Positions 17,774 through 27,446 of a stretch of 32,000 nt of DNA are shown here, piece by piece. This DNA comes from Wolbachia endosymbiont of Cimex lectularius. Lineage in GTDB: Bacteria > Pseudomonadota > Alphaproteobacteria > Rickettsiales > Anaplasmataceae. The position numbers and the translations under genes are program-made. The notes under the pieces are model-generated. The model was not told the origin of the DNA. It ran no database searches and worked only from the letters and a program-made list of their open reading frames with translations. The stretch covers positions 810,001 through 842,000 of the forward strand of contig NZ_AP013028.1 in assembly GCF_000829315.1 (NCBI RefSeq). Reading direction: 5' to 3'. Position 1 is the first letter of the stretch. Each line of letters begins with the position of its first letter.

Positions 17774-20767
17774 GTGACTACTCATGAGCAAAGTCAACGG
17801 ATAGATCGCGAAAGGTTAGATAAAGGGTTACTGTATATTTTAAATGAGTTAGCAAATTATAGTAATCTAAAGGAGAACATTCCATATATAAAATTCCTTT
17901 TAAGCTTAGGGGCTAATCCAGATGTACAGGATCTATGCGGAAAAACTCTGTTACACTGCGTTACTGAACATAATGATATTCAAGGTACAAGGTTTCTTTT
18001 AGAAGCAGGAGCTGATCCAAATGTGCAAGATCAAGATGACAAAACTCCTTTGCACAACATCTTGCACTATAACCAGTCTGGATATGATGATGTTATCGGA
18101 GTTCTCTTACAAAAAGGAGCAAGAATTGAGATCCAAGACAAAAGTGGTAATACACCACTACACTATGCTGCTTTTAATGGCCATATTAATGGAATAGAGT
18201 TGCTCATAGAACATATTATAAGTAACAAGCAAGATGATGTTATTAATCTTCCAAATGAAGAAGGAGATACAGCATTTCACCTAGCCTTTTACAATGCACG
18301 AGAGGGGCGCAGTATTGAACCTTTTCTTAAAGATGAATTAAATATAGGTTTTAGCATTAAAGGTTCAGAAGATACTACACCATTACTCGCTGCAGTAAGA
18401 AGTGCAGACTTAAATGTAGTAGAATCATTACTTACAAAGCTAGGAACAAGAATTGATGATAGAGATAGTAAACGTGGTGGTTCTATACTTCATCATGTTC
18501 TAGCTAGTCCGAATATTCCACCTGTTAGATATACTACCTCGCATTGTCCAACTCAGCAGCCAGATTTTGAATGCGAAAATGAACATGACGCTACTGACAG
18601 AATTATTAACACTGTTATTCATCATATTAAAAAGCATAAGATCAGGTTCGATATTAACTGCATTGATAAGGATGGGAACACACCATTGACTGTTGCAGTT
18701 GACCATGGAAGAGGTACAGTGATGGAACGACTTATAGCGGAAGAAGCTGATGTCAGTATAGTAAACAAAAACGGATATACAGCATTTCACTATGCAGTCA
18801 AGAGAAGAAGTTTTGAGATGTTAAAGACTCTCTTACCTAGAAAAGAAAAGAAAGACGAAAATGGTGTTACAGTTATTGATGAATGTGGTCTTATTATTGA
18901 AGAAATTGATGCAGAAAAAGCTAAGGAACTTCTTGGCGTAATAGATAAAGGGGGAAACACCCTTTTGCACCATGCAGTGAAGATGGGTTGTAGTGAGGAA
19001 ATAATAAATTTTCTTGTAGAGTGTGGAGTAGATATTAATAAGAAAAATAATAGTGGAGTAGCACCAATTCATATTGCTGCAAAATATGGGCATCCAAATT
19101 TAATAAGTTGTCTAATAAAGAACAAAGCAGATTGTAGTACCAAATGTGGTAATTTAACAAAATCACATATTGACAGCATAGGAATGGAGTGTCCTATTGT
19201 TATGGATTACATAAATGTTCAAGGCAGTGACATTAATAATAGCACTGTAAACACAGAAAATGGTAATGATTATAAGAAAGCTACACCCATATTGATAGCG
19301 GCTGATGGTGACAATATTGATGCTGTAAATATCTTGGCGTCATGGATGGCAAAAAAAAATATTCAAGATAGTGAAGGCTGGGATGCATTACTCATTGCTA
19401 TTAAAAGGGCTTGTAGTGAAGATTGTACAGGAGAAGAAAGACAAAAGATGTGCAAAGCTATTGCGGAGTTAGCATGTGATGCAAATTCTGGAGTTTTAAG
19501 ATGTTTAGATGATATGAAACACCAAGTTCTTGAAGAGCAACTGCGTGATAGAATAAGGAGCTTAGCAAAAAGCAGGCTAATTAATAATGACAAAATCCTA
19601 AATGTAAATATTTCGCCACAAGTAACAGGAAGAAAATTAGGAAGTTTGATTCAAATGTCTATTGAAACTAGGCAGCAAGGACGAGGAAAGCATTATATAT
19701 CAAAGTTATTTTCTAAAGATAAACTTTTAGAACCTATAGCTGATAAAGAAATTCACATGTACGAAAAGCGCGTTTGTAATAAATTAAAGAACATCATAGA
19801 AAATGCATTGAGATTATCTAATGACGATGAAATTCGAAAAATAGTCAAAGGAGCTTTTCATAATGCCTTAAGTGCTATAGAAAGCAGAAATGGTACAACT
19901 GCTTTGGTGGAAGGAAATACAACAAATTTTGACGGTAATTTTTATGGAGGGATAGGTTCTGGTGTAAAAGAAGCACCTGAAATTTACTATGATACCAAAG
20001 CTAACGTTGAGCAAGAGAATGCAGAACCGTGCGGAACCCAAGAAAAAGAGTTATTGCCAGAAATGGATGAAGGATCAAAGAAATCTGAAGGTTACATTAA
20101 CGGATTTTGGAAAAGTGCTGAAAGTGCAACCAGAAGAGGTAAATTAAAAAGTCTTGAAGTAGATGACGCTGCTTTCTTTCTAGAATATTCAGAAGACAGT
20201 ATAGTTGAGGTTGCGAAAGTTATAGATGGAACGAAAAAGTTAGGGCTTAACCAGGGAAATATAGCATGTGGTAGTAATGTAATAAAAATTGGAAAAAGTG
20301 AAGTAGAAATTATCACTGAAAATGATGTAAGGGATTATACTGACCTTGCGAATGGTAGTGATATAGTATTAACTTTCTACACCAGTCAGGGAGAATTAGA
20401 CGTTAGATTATATCCTGATAAGAAAGATCAAAACCTAATAAGGGTAGAAGTAAAAGATCAAAAGAAGTGGGAAAAATTAAGGAGTTGTGAAAAAGAAATA
20501 GGAAAAAATTGCTCACTTGGTGGGTATTCAGTGTACGATGCTATTGAACGTAGGTATTTCGAAAGATCTGGACATTTTCAATCTTGTGGAACAATTAGCT
20601 TATCTAAGAAAGCCTCAGAAGAAGTTAGAGCAGCAGTAAAAGATTTAAATCCTGGTAATGTGGAGAACTCTTTACCAAGTCATATATCCTGTCCAAAAAC
20701 GGTTAAATGGGAAGATGAAGTTAGCGCACAGAAGAGCAAACCTAGAGCTGATCAGTTTAAAATTTAA
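17774..20767 (+). CDS. Large ankyrin-repeat protein with unassigned C-terminal region (about 430 aa)
   Basis: 997 aa. GTG start with AGGAGG at 17763-17768. Multiple ANK repeats run through about residue 560 (GKTLLHCV..., DKTPLHNI..., GNTPLHYAAFNGH..., GNTLLHHAVKMG..., GVAPIHIAAKYGH...). I see no recognisable motif in the C-terminal region. Confidence 0.85.
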   Translation: MTTHEQSQRIDRERLDKGLLYILNELANYSNLKENIPYIKFLLSLGANPDVQDLCGKTLLHCVTEHNDIQGTRFLLEAGADPNVQDQDDKTPLHNILHYNQSGYDDVIGVLLQKGARIEIQDKSGNTPLHYAAFNGHINGIELLIEHIISNKQDDVINLPNEEGDTAFHLAFYNAREGRSIEPFLKDELNIGFSIKGSEDTTPLLAAVRSADLNVVESLLTKLGTRIDDRDSKRGGSILHHVLASPNIPPVRYTTSHCPTQQPDFECENEHDATDRIINTVIHHIKKHKIRFDINCIDKDGNTPLTVAVDHGRGTVMERLIAEEADVSIVNKNGYTAFHYAVKRRSFEMLKTLLPRKEKKDENGVTVIDECGLIIEEIDAEKAKELLGVIDKGGNTLLHHAVKMGCSEEIINFLVECGVDINKKNNSGVAPIHIAAKYGHPNLISCLIKNKADCSTKCGNLTKSHIDSIGMECPIVMDYINVQGSDINNSTVNTENGNDYKKATPILIAADGDNIDAVNILASWMAKKNIQDSEGWDALLIAIKRACSEDCTGEERQKMCKAIAELACDANSGVLRCLDDMKHQVLEEQLRDRIRSLAKSRLINNDKILNVNISPQVTGRKLGSLIQMSIETRQQGRGKHYISKLFSKDKLLEPIADKEIHMYEKRVCNKLKNIIENALRLSNDDEIRKIVKGAFHNALSAIESRNGTTALVEGNTTNFDGNFYGGIGSGVKEAPEIYYDTKANVEQENAEPCGTQEKELLPEMDEGSKKSEGYINGFWKSAESATRRGKLKSLEVDDAAFFLEYSEDSIVEVAKVIDGTKKLGLNQGNIACGSNVIKIGKSEVEIITENDVRDYTDLANGSDIVLTFYTSQGELDVRLYPDKKDQNLIRVEVKDQKKWEKLRSCEKEIGKNCSLGGYSVYDAIERRYFERSGHFQSCGTISLSKKASEEVRAAVKDLNPGNVENSLPSHISCPKTVKWEDEVSAQKSKPRADQFKI

Positions 20768-20870
20768 GTATTCTACTGGAATAGCTTTAACATTTTTCTG
20801 GGGAATGTTAAAAGCCTCATGATAATGTCTGGTTAATAGTTTAAGAAATTTTCTTGGCATTTATGGCTTT

Positions 20871-21020
20871 TCAAATAGCTTTAAGATCCTGCAGGCCAGT
20901 TGTTTGTTGTATTACGTCAATTGGAATACCTACCTCAAGTAAATTCTTTGCCACTTCTGTTTCCCCTATTTTTTTACCCCTTTCTTTATCAATCTGTATT
21001 TTTTTAGATACTAATACCAA
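20871..21020 (-). pseudogene. C-terminal fragment of a third Rpn-family gene
   Basis: The minus strand reads ...IDKERGKKIGETEVAKNLLEVGIPIDVIQQTTGLQDLKAI*. This matches the basic repeat plus HTH-like tail of 23817..24713 (...EREIEIAKAMLAEGMNVATIAKVTGLSTDEIEKLN*). Confidence 0.6.
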
Positions 21021-21098
21021 TTCCCATTACACAGAAAGCAGATGGACAATAATGGAAAAAAAAGCCATACTGAAGTAAGTAAAATAGTCGAGGTTTAA

Positions 21099-21334
21099 AT
21101 GGCATTAAGATCAAAATTATTGGATGAAAAAGTGGTAGAGTCAGCAAGAAAAATGCTGAAGAAGGTAAGAAACAACGCATATGTTGCAAAAAAACTAGAT
21201 GCTGTAATTGCAGCAAAAAAAAGCAGTATAACAGCCGTAGCAAAGATATATTGTATTTCAAGAACCGCACTGACTATATGGATAAAGCACCTAAAATCTG
21301 GCAGAGAGGAAAAATTGTTTGCTCCTCCTCAACG
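21099..21334 (+). pseudogene. N-terminal HTH fragment of a transposase (IS630-like?), truncated by the IS4-like element
   Basis: ...SITAVAKIYCISRTALTIWIKHLKSGREEKL is a helix-turn-helix of the type found at IS630/Tc1-family N-termini. The ORF runs straight into the inverted repeat at 21335. Confidence 0.4.
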
Positions 21335-22846
21335 CTCACTTTTACCCACAAATATAAAAAGTGAGTAAGATAGATACCAAATAAATTTGGTGTCAAAATG
21401 AGTGAAGTAAGTACAAATGCGCAATATACTGATGGCTTAGGGGATAAATGGCTGGAAAGAGAGTTAAAACACGTTAACTTGGGGGATATAAGGCTCAATA
21501 AGAGACTTATTAAAACAAGCTATTGTATAGAGGGTAAGGCATCTGAATCAAAGCTGTAGTAGATGGAAAGAAGCCAAGGGTGCGTACAGATTATTTAGCC
21601 ATGAAAAGCTCAAGGATAATGAAATTTATTCTTCTCATTATAAAGAAACTATGGAGAGAATAAAAGGAAATCAGTTTGTTTTTTCAGTTCAAGATACAAG
21701 TTATTTGGATTTTGACTCTCATATAAAAACCAAGAGGCTAGGTAGTATTTCTAAAGCTTATACGAAGCATAAAATGGGTTTAATGTTGCCATAGTGCCTT
21801 AATACTCAACAAGACCTTTAGGTTTATCCTCCCAACAGTGTTGGGCGCGTTCTATTAGGGAAGAAGAAACACACAGGAAAAAGCACACAGAAAATACTGT
21901 ACTTCCATAGAAGAAAAAGAAAGTTATAAATGGATAACAGCTCTCAAAGAAACTATAAACAACCTTCCTCCAAATGTACAACTTGTTACTCTTGGTGATA
22001 GGGAGGCAGATATCTTCAAATTTTTATGGGTTACTGAGACGTTAGGTAGTTTTTATGTAATCCGTAATCGAGCTAATAGAAAGTTTATCTGTACTGAAGT
22101 TGGTAAAACAGACTTGCAAACACGCATCGCTCAACTGCCAGTAAAAAAGAAAATTTCTCTGGAGGTTATTAAAGGTGGGCACCAGAAGTCAAGAAAAGCT
22201 AATATTGAAGTTAAGTATATGAAAGGTTATATACCCATCAGAGCTCCTTACATTTATGGATCAAAAGATACAGCACATAAAATAAGTGATAAAATCCCTG
22301 TATATGTGGTAAGTGCAAAAGAAACAAATCCTCCTGAAGGGTTGGAAACTATTGATTGGACCTTACTAACTAATGTACCGGTTAATAACACTTTAGATGC
22401 CATAGAAAGAATAAATTGGTATAAGCTAAGATGGAAAATAGGAGGGTACTTGAGAGTTTTAAAATCAGGATGTAAGATAGAAAGCTCTCGTTTAGCTACA
22501 AAAGAAAGATTACAGAAGCTAATTGCTATAAAGAGCATAATTGCATTTAAAATTTTATATTTGACAAAAGTAGCTTTATCAAATCCCATGGAAACCTGTA
22601 CTAAAATTTTAAGCAACGAAGAGTGGAAGGTCCTTTAAATGCGTGAGCATCGGATAGCCACATTACCCGAAGAACCTCCAAACATAAAACAAGCTGTTAT
22701 TTGGTTAGGAAAATTAGGTGGATTTATGAATAGAAAAAGTGATAATTTACCAGGGACTATGACTCTATGGCGGGGCTATGAAAACCTTAAGGAGAGCATA
22801 GTTATGCTTCACATAATGACCTCTCAAAATTGTGGGTAAAAGTGAG
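21335..22846 (+). mobile_element. IS4-family (Tn5/IS50-like) element, decayed
   Basis: 17-bp terminal inverted repeats ctcacttttacccacaa (21335-21351) and ttgtgggtaaaagtgag (22830-22846). The element is 1512 bp. No matching flanking duplication is present. Confidence 0.8.
21398..22839 (+). pseudogene. IS4-family transposase with multiple stops and frameshifts
   Basis: Collinear with Tn5 transposase features: N-terminal LGDIRLNKRLIKT, YKLRWKIGGYLRVLKSG (the YREK region, with the catalytic Glu position replaced by Gly), and C-terminal LGKLGGFMNRKSDNLPGTMTLWRGYENL. It is broken into at least four frames. Confidence 0.85.
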
Positions 22847-23730
22847 CCTAAAAGGTTGGGGAATGGTTTCCTTAGTATTAGAAATTACATAATATACATT
22901 ATAGAAATAGCATGGAGGTCCTTCTTGGTAGAGGCTTTTATACTTTTCATTAAAAAGAAAGGGGAAGTGCCTTCGTGTAATGAGAAAAAAATCTTTTCCG
23001 GTAGTGATTCCTATACTAGACATTTTATTTTTAAAATTATTAAAGTGATACTTTAATAATTTACGTAGCCTTTTTTCAATATATACTTTAAGAAGATAAC
23101 CGCCACGGTCTGCCAAGATACCTATGCGATAAAGGTTGGCTCCGTGAACTTTTCTCAAGGTACAATACACTTCATGGGGTGTCGCTCCAGAATTCAGCAG
23201 ACTATTGATTCTTTCCTGGTTAGTATTTTTAATTATAAGGTTAATATGGTGATCAACCTTTTCTTTTATGCCTTCAAGAATGAACAAATGTTTATCAAAG
23301 ACTACCCATAAGTTTTTTATGTAGACCTTTATTGCCATGATTTCTGGATGGTCCTTAAACCTTTCAAAAACTTTTTCCAAGATCTCTTCTCTTTTTTTGG
23401 ATTTGATCCGTGCCTTGATGTGGCGGCTGTTGGTGTTAACTACGTGCACGCTACCACGCACCTCAAAATTATGACGTGTACGACAAGAACGAGTAGAGAT
23501 CAAGCTTTTTTTAATATTTTTTTCTTGACTCTCTTTTTCGTTATGGTATTCTCTGTTTGGTTTTATCCAGTAGATCTTCGAATTTCCGCATCAGAAGTCT
23601 ACTTAGATTTTTATGTCGTGTAAAGTATAAAGTTATGCTTTGCACGATTTTCTCTCCAAATATGCAAGTCGTAGCGAAAAGAAATTGACCCTTTTTTGCT
23701 TTCACATATTTTTGTTTCTGAGTTTGTCAT
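22847..23730 (-). pseudogene. Unknown gene, frameshifted at the 5' end and 3'-truncated by the IS4-like element
   Basis: ORF 22802..23503 ends inside the IS4 inverted repeat. Upstream pieces in other frames (ATG at 23730: MTNSETKICESKKGSISFRYDLHIWRENRAKHNFILYT...) suggest a longer ancestral gene. No family is recognised. Confidence 0.4.
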
Positions 23731-23816
23731 AGAGTGTGGTATACAATTTTTAGTATAAAAGTAATCCTACTATAAATTAATTAGTGTGTAAAGGGTAATT
23801 TTATTCTCAGGGTCTT

Positions 23817-24713
23817 TTAGTTCAGCTTTTCGATTTCGTCAGTAGATAATCCTGTTACCTTAGCAATGGTAGCAACATTCATGCCTTCAGCAAGCATTGC
23901 TTTTGCTATTTCAATCTCTCTTTCCTTCTTACCTTCCTTTTTTCCTTCCTCTCTACCTTCTTCTCTACCTTCTTCTTTAGCAGTATCAAGTCTGTATGCA
24001 AGGATGGCTTCTTCTTTCCGTAGATCCATTAACCTTTCTTCGTATGCCACCAGATCTTTCTCACTCCAGCGTTCCTTGTTTAACTCATCGTACGCTAGAT
24101 TTATTATTGGAGATTTTTCTGCTATATCTTTTAGGTCTTCATCTGTAGTGTCTTCTGCGTGTTTGAAAAAAAAGCACCAACGCTCTACTGTACTTTCCAA
24201 CTGTTCCACTTTGTCTTTTTTGAATTTAGGTAATTCAATGAAGACAAATTGAAAACCTTTCAGGTAATGTCCATTAGTTTTTACCTCTCGTATATTATGA
24301 GTAGAAATGTACCCAACCTCATCAGGAAACAGAATATTATTAGAGATGGCAATAAAGAATACTTTCTTTAAATTAATATATTCGCTACCTATTCCAGCCT
24401 GTCTTGAATAAGCTTTAGCAGCATATAGTTGTGCGCGTTCTTCAAAGCTTTTATCGCGAGCGAGTTGCATTTCAATCACGTATCTGTGACCACCAGAATC
24501 CTTGCAAAGAACATCAACTATGCTCTGCTTATCAGAGGCGATTTCTGGATCCATAATGGTGCTGAGAAACTCAACTTCTTGTATAGTATCTATTCCAGTA
24601 AATCCTAAAATATCATTAAGAAAGTGAATAAGGATATTCTTATTTCCCTCGTTACCAAATATTCTTTTGAATGTTAAGTCCAATTTCGGGTCTAGGAATT
24701 TAGAAAAAGCCAT
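23817..24713 (-). CDS. Rpn-family recombination-promoting nuclease / putative transposase (PD-(D/E)XK), intact
   Basis: 298 aa. Features are N-terminal DLTFKRIFG...ILIHFLNDIL, a D...IEMQ core, FIELPKF, a C-terminal EEGREEGREEGKKEGKK repeat and an HTH-like tail. The family call is made from remembered motifs. Confidence 0.8.
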   Translation of the reverse strand: MAFSKFLDPKLDLTFKRIFGNEGNKNILIHFLNDILGFTGIDTIQEVEFLSTIMDPEIASDKQSIVDVLCKDSGGHRYVIEMQLARDKSFEERAQLYAAKAYSRQAGIGSEYINLKKVFFIAISNNILFPDEVGYISTHNIREVKTNGHYLKGFQFVFIELPKFKKDKVEQLESTVERWCFFFKHAEDTTDEDLKDIAEKSPIINLAYDELNKERWSEKDLVAYEERLMDLRKEEAILAYRLDTAKEEGREEGREEGKKEGKKEREIEIAKAMLAEGMNVATIAKVTGLSTDEIEKLN

Positions 24714-25201
24714 AAGAAATTCACTTAAAAAGCATTAGTAATTATACACTATTTTTTGCAGATATTCAATTCTTTTGTGTCTGAATTTTTTAAGCCTCGG
24801 ATGTGTTGATCAAAAAAATGACCTACGCAGATGGCCTTAGAATAGCATTTGATACTTTAGACGCTCTTTTTGTAAATTGCTCTATAAAGCGCCTTAAAAC
24901 CCCAGGCCATGAACCTAGCAGCTGTAATAGATATCAAAGATACCTATTTTTGGTGTGAAAGGCTAATCTCCTAACAAAAGTATGAGCGTGAAAACTCAAT
25001 TACGATTACCTACCATCGTGAGGACAGGTTTATTAACCTCCCACATTTTACATTATAGAGATCTTGAAACTCAATATCAACATATTTTAGTGGCAAATTT
25101 ATGTTAAAGCTATATCCTGTGTTTGGCAGCTTTGTTTATTATCCTGATAGTTTTTGCCAAGGCTTGTGATGCTTAGCAATATTGCCAATTAGTATAATAC
25201 G

Positions 25202-25583
25202 ATGCAAAATCTACACGAAGCATTTCATGATCATGTACTGCACTGTAGCATACAGAAGCAATATCGTTCTATTGTGGTGTTAAATGGAGAAATACCTGAT
25301 TCATCGTTTTTTAAACGGGATATACCTATTATTGCTGTAGATGGAGGAGCAAATAGGCTTTTATCAATTGGTGTACAACCTGATCTTGTAATGGGAGATT
25401 TGGATAGCGTAAATCCGAGTTTACGTGCTAGTTTGAATACAATATGCCTGCCTGATCAAGATTACTGCGACTTTTCTAAAGCAATGGCCCGCTTAAAAAC
25501 AATGAAGTTACTGCCATCGATAATAACGGGTATTACTGGAGGAGCAATTGACCACATACTACAGAATATCAACATTTTTCTAA
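25202..25583 (+). pseudogene. Thiamine pyrophosphokinase, N-terminal catalytic part only (truncated at IS copy 5)
   Basis: It has IIAVDGGAN, GDLDS, DQDYCDFSKA and GITGGAIDHILQNI, matching TPK catalytic-domain motifs. The C-terminal thiamin-binding domain (about 90 aa) is absent. Confidence 0.75.
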
Positions 25584-26443
25584 GAACCTGTTTAAAATCT
25601 TCGTAACAGGAGAGAAATGAAGGAGAGGACTATCATCTGTAAGCTAGTGTTGAGCTTCCGCTCGCAATTTTTCCACAATCGCCTGCACTTTTCTAACCAG
25701 GCAAAAGAGCGTTCAACAACCCATCTTTTTGGCAATACGACGAAAGTGTGTAACTCACTTCGCTTTATTACTTCAACAGTCGCACCAATGATAGCTTTTA
25801 TTTGTGTTGCAAAATTTTCTCCTGTGTAGCCAGCATCAACCAGTATGTTTTTAACTTCAGAGAGGTTTGCTTTAGCATTTTCGACCATTTTCACAGCACT
25901 GCTACGGTCAGTTGCTTCTGCCGTTGTTACATAAATTGCATGTGGCAAACCTTGTGTATCAACTGCAATATGGCGCTTTATCCCTGAAATCTTTTTACCT
26001 GCATCATAGCCTTTTTTTTCAGCAGTATCTGCGTTTTTGACGCTTTGAGAATCAATTATACAAAAGCTAGTTTTCTCTTTCCGACCATTGCTGATATGGA
26101 CCTCTCCAACTAATTTTTTTTAAGACTAATTCCAACAAGCTTGGCTCTTCTCCACTCTTTTTACTCCACACTCGAAAATAGTAATATACGCTTTCCCATC
26201 TTGGAAAACCCTTTGGTAACATCCTCCACTGACAACCACTTTTTAAGACGTACAACACCCCACAAAATACGTCATACAAATCAAGTTTTCTTGGTTTTGT
26301 TTTCTGCTTGCTACTCTCCAAAATTGGCCTGATTTTTTCAAACTGCTCTTGACTTATATTACTTGGATAACTTTTCTGCATAGACACCTCATTATTAATC
26401 TATGCTTACTTTACCTCACATTTCCAAGATTTTAAACAGGTTC
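25584..26443 (-). mobile_element. IS5-family insertion sequence, copy 5 (860 bp)
   Basis: Same inverted repeats. TAA is at 25581-25583 and 26444-26446. Confidence 0.95.
25592..26387 (-). CDS. IS5-family transposase, two-frame version (T8/T8)
   Basis: OrfA is 26067..26387. The OrfB frame is continuous through IIDSQSVK (internal T8 at 26012-26019). Confidence 0.8.
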
Positions 26444-26446
26444 TAA

Positions 26447-27235
26447 TAAGCAAAGGAGCAAGTGTTAATGCGCAAGATGCTCAGGGGCAGACTCCTTTAC
26501 ATTTGGCTATTGAAAATGGCAAGAAAAAGATAGTAGATGCTCTATTAAAAGCACATGCTGATGTTGATGTGGAAAATGATGATGGAAAGACTCCATTACA
26601 TTTGACTGCCATATTTGACTATGCAAAGATAGCAGAAGCTCTACTAGAAGCAAATGCCAAAGTTAATGCAGCGGATAAAGGTGGAAATACTACTTTACAT
26701 TTAGCTGCTGAATATGGCCGTGTGGATACAGTAAAAGCTCTATTAAAAGTAAAAGGAATTGATGTTGATAAGATGAATAGTGATGGGGAAACTCCTTTGC
26801 ATTTGGCTGCCAAATTTGGCCATGTGAGTATAGTAAGAGCTTTATTAGATAAGGGAGCAGATATTAATGTAGTAAATAAGGATGGTGACACTCCTTTAGA
26901 TTTAACTGATAACGGAGAAATAAAAGCTCTATTACAAAGTATAAAAGATGCTAATGATGACACAGATATACCTCTGTCATCAAAGACCTGGTTACATATC
27001 CGCAGAATCTACTACACAAACAGAAGAGCAAACAAGCACCTTTTTTGACAGTTTTTTTAGTATGCTTACAGAGCCTATTTCATTAGTGGTATTGTTTTTT
27101 GGTGGTTTGATATCCTGGTTGTTTTGGTCTAGTACAGAAAAAACTGCAGGACATGTAGAACAATCTTATAACCCATTCGTTGGACTAAATGATAGTGATT
27201 ATAACGACCAAAACGATTTGTACCTCTTTCAATAG
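26447..27235 (+). pseudogene. Ankyrin-repeat protein with C-terminal transmembrane tail; 5' end at IS border, one internal frameshift
   Basis: The ANK frame is open from the IS border (ISKGASVNAQDAQGQTPLHLAIENG...) to 27048. The overlapping ORF 26948..27235 carries a TM-like segment (PISLVVLFFGGLISWLFW). The two frames would join by a 1-nt change somewhere in 26950-27045, for example at the T6 run at 27040-27045. Confidence 0.7.
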
Positions 27236-27283
27236 ATCATTTTAATTTAGCAACGTATGTTGTTAAGAACTTAAACAATCCAG

Positions 27284-27446
27284 CTATTCCCAGCGCCCAA
27301 AACCGAAGGTCGCTAGAATTTCTTGTATTTTTGTAGCTATACATCTTAAATAGAGCCATTTAAGATGGTTTGAAACCTGCTCCTGAAAACCGATTTCGAA
27401 GGGCCTTCCTTTATCTTCAATACAGCTTCTCACAAACTGCTTGTTG
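27284..27446 (-). pseudogene. 3' relic of an IS630-like transposase gene abutting bioA
   Basis: The minus strand reads ...RPFEIGFQEQVSNHLKWLYLRCIATKIQEILATFGFGRWE*. This resembles the NPIEQVWshLK... C-terminal region of IS630/Tc1 transposases and is a paralogue of 17583-17663. Confidence 0.45.

Noticed and set aside
16388-20767. Possibility that the divergent large genes are a cifA/cifB-like or toxin-antitoxin pair
   Set aside because: The genes are divergent rather than operonic. I could not see nuclease (PD-(D/E)XK), Ulp1/deubiquitinase or other catalytic signatures by eye. They are kept only as an unspecified effector-locus hypothesis.
4164-26963. Long antisense ORFs within the recombinase, ANK genes, Rpn and bio genes (for example 4164..4448, 6886..7308, 23866..24252, 26619..26963, 28962..29171)
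   Set aside because: They are shadow frames of well-supported genes. Their composition is low-complexity (Ser/Leu/Phe-rich), as expected from antisense reading of AT-rich or repeat-coding sequence.
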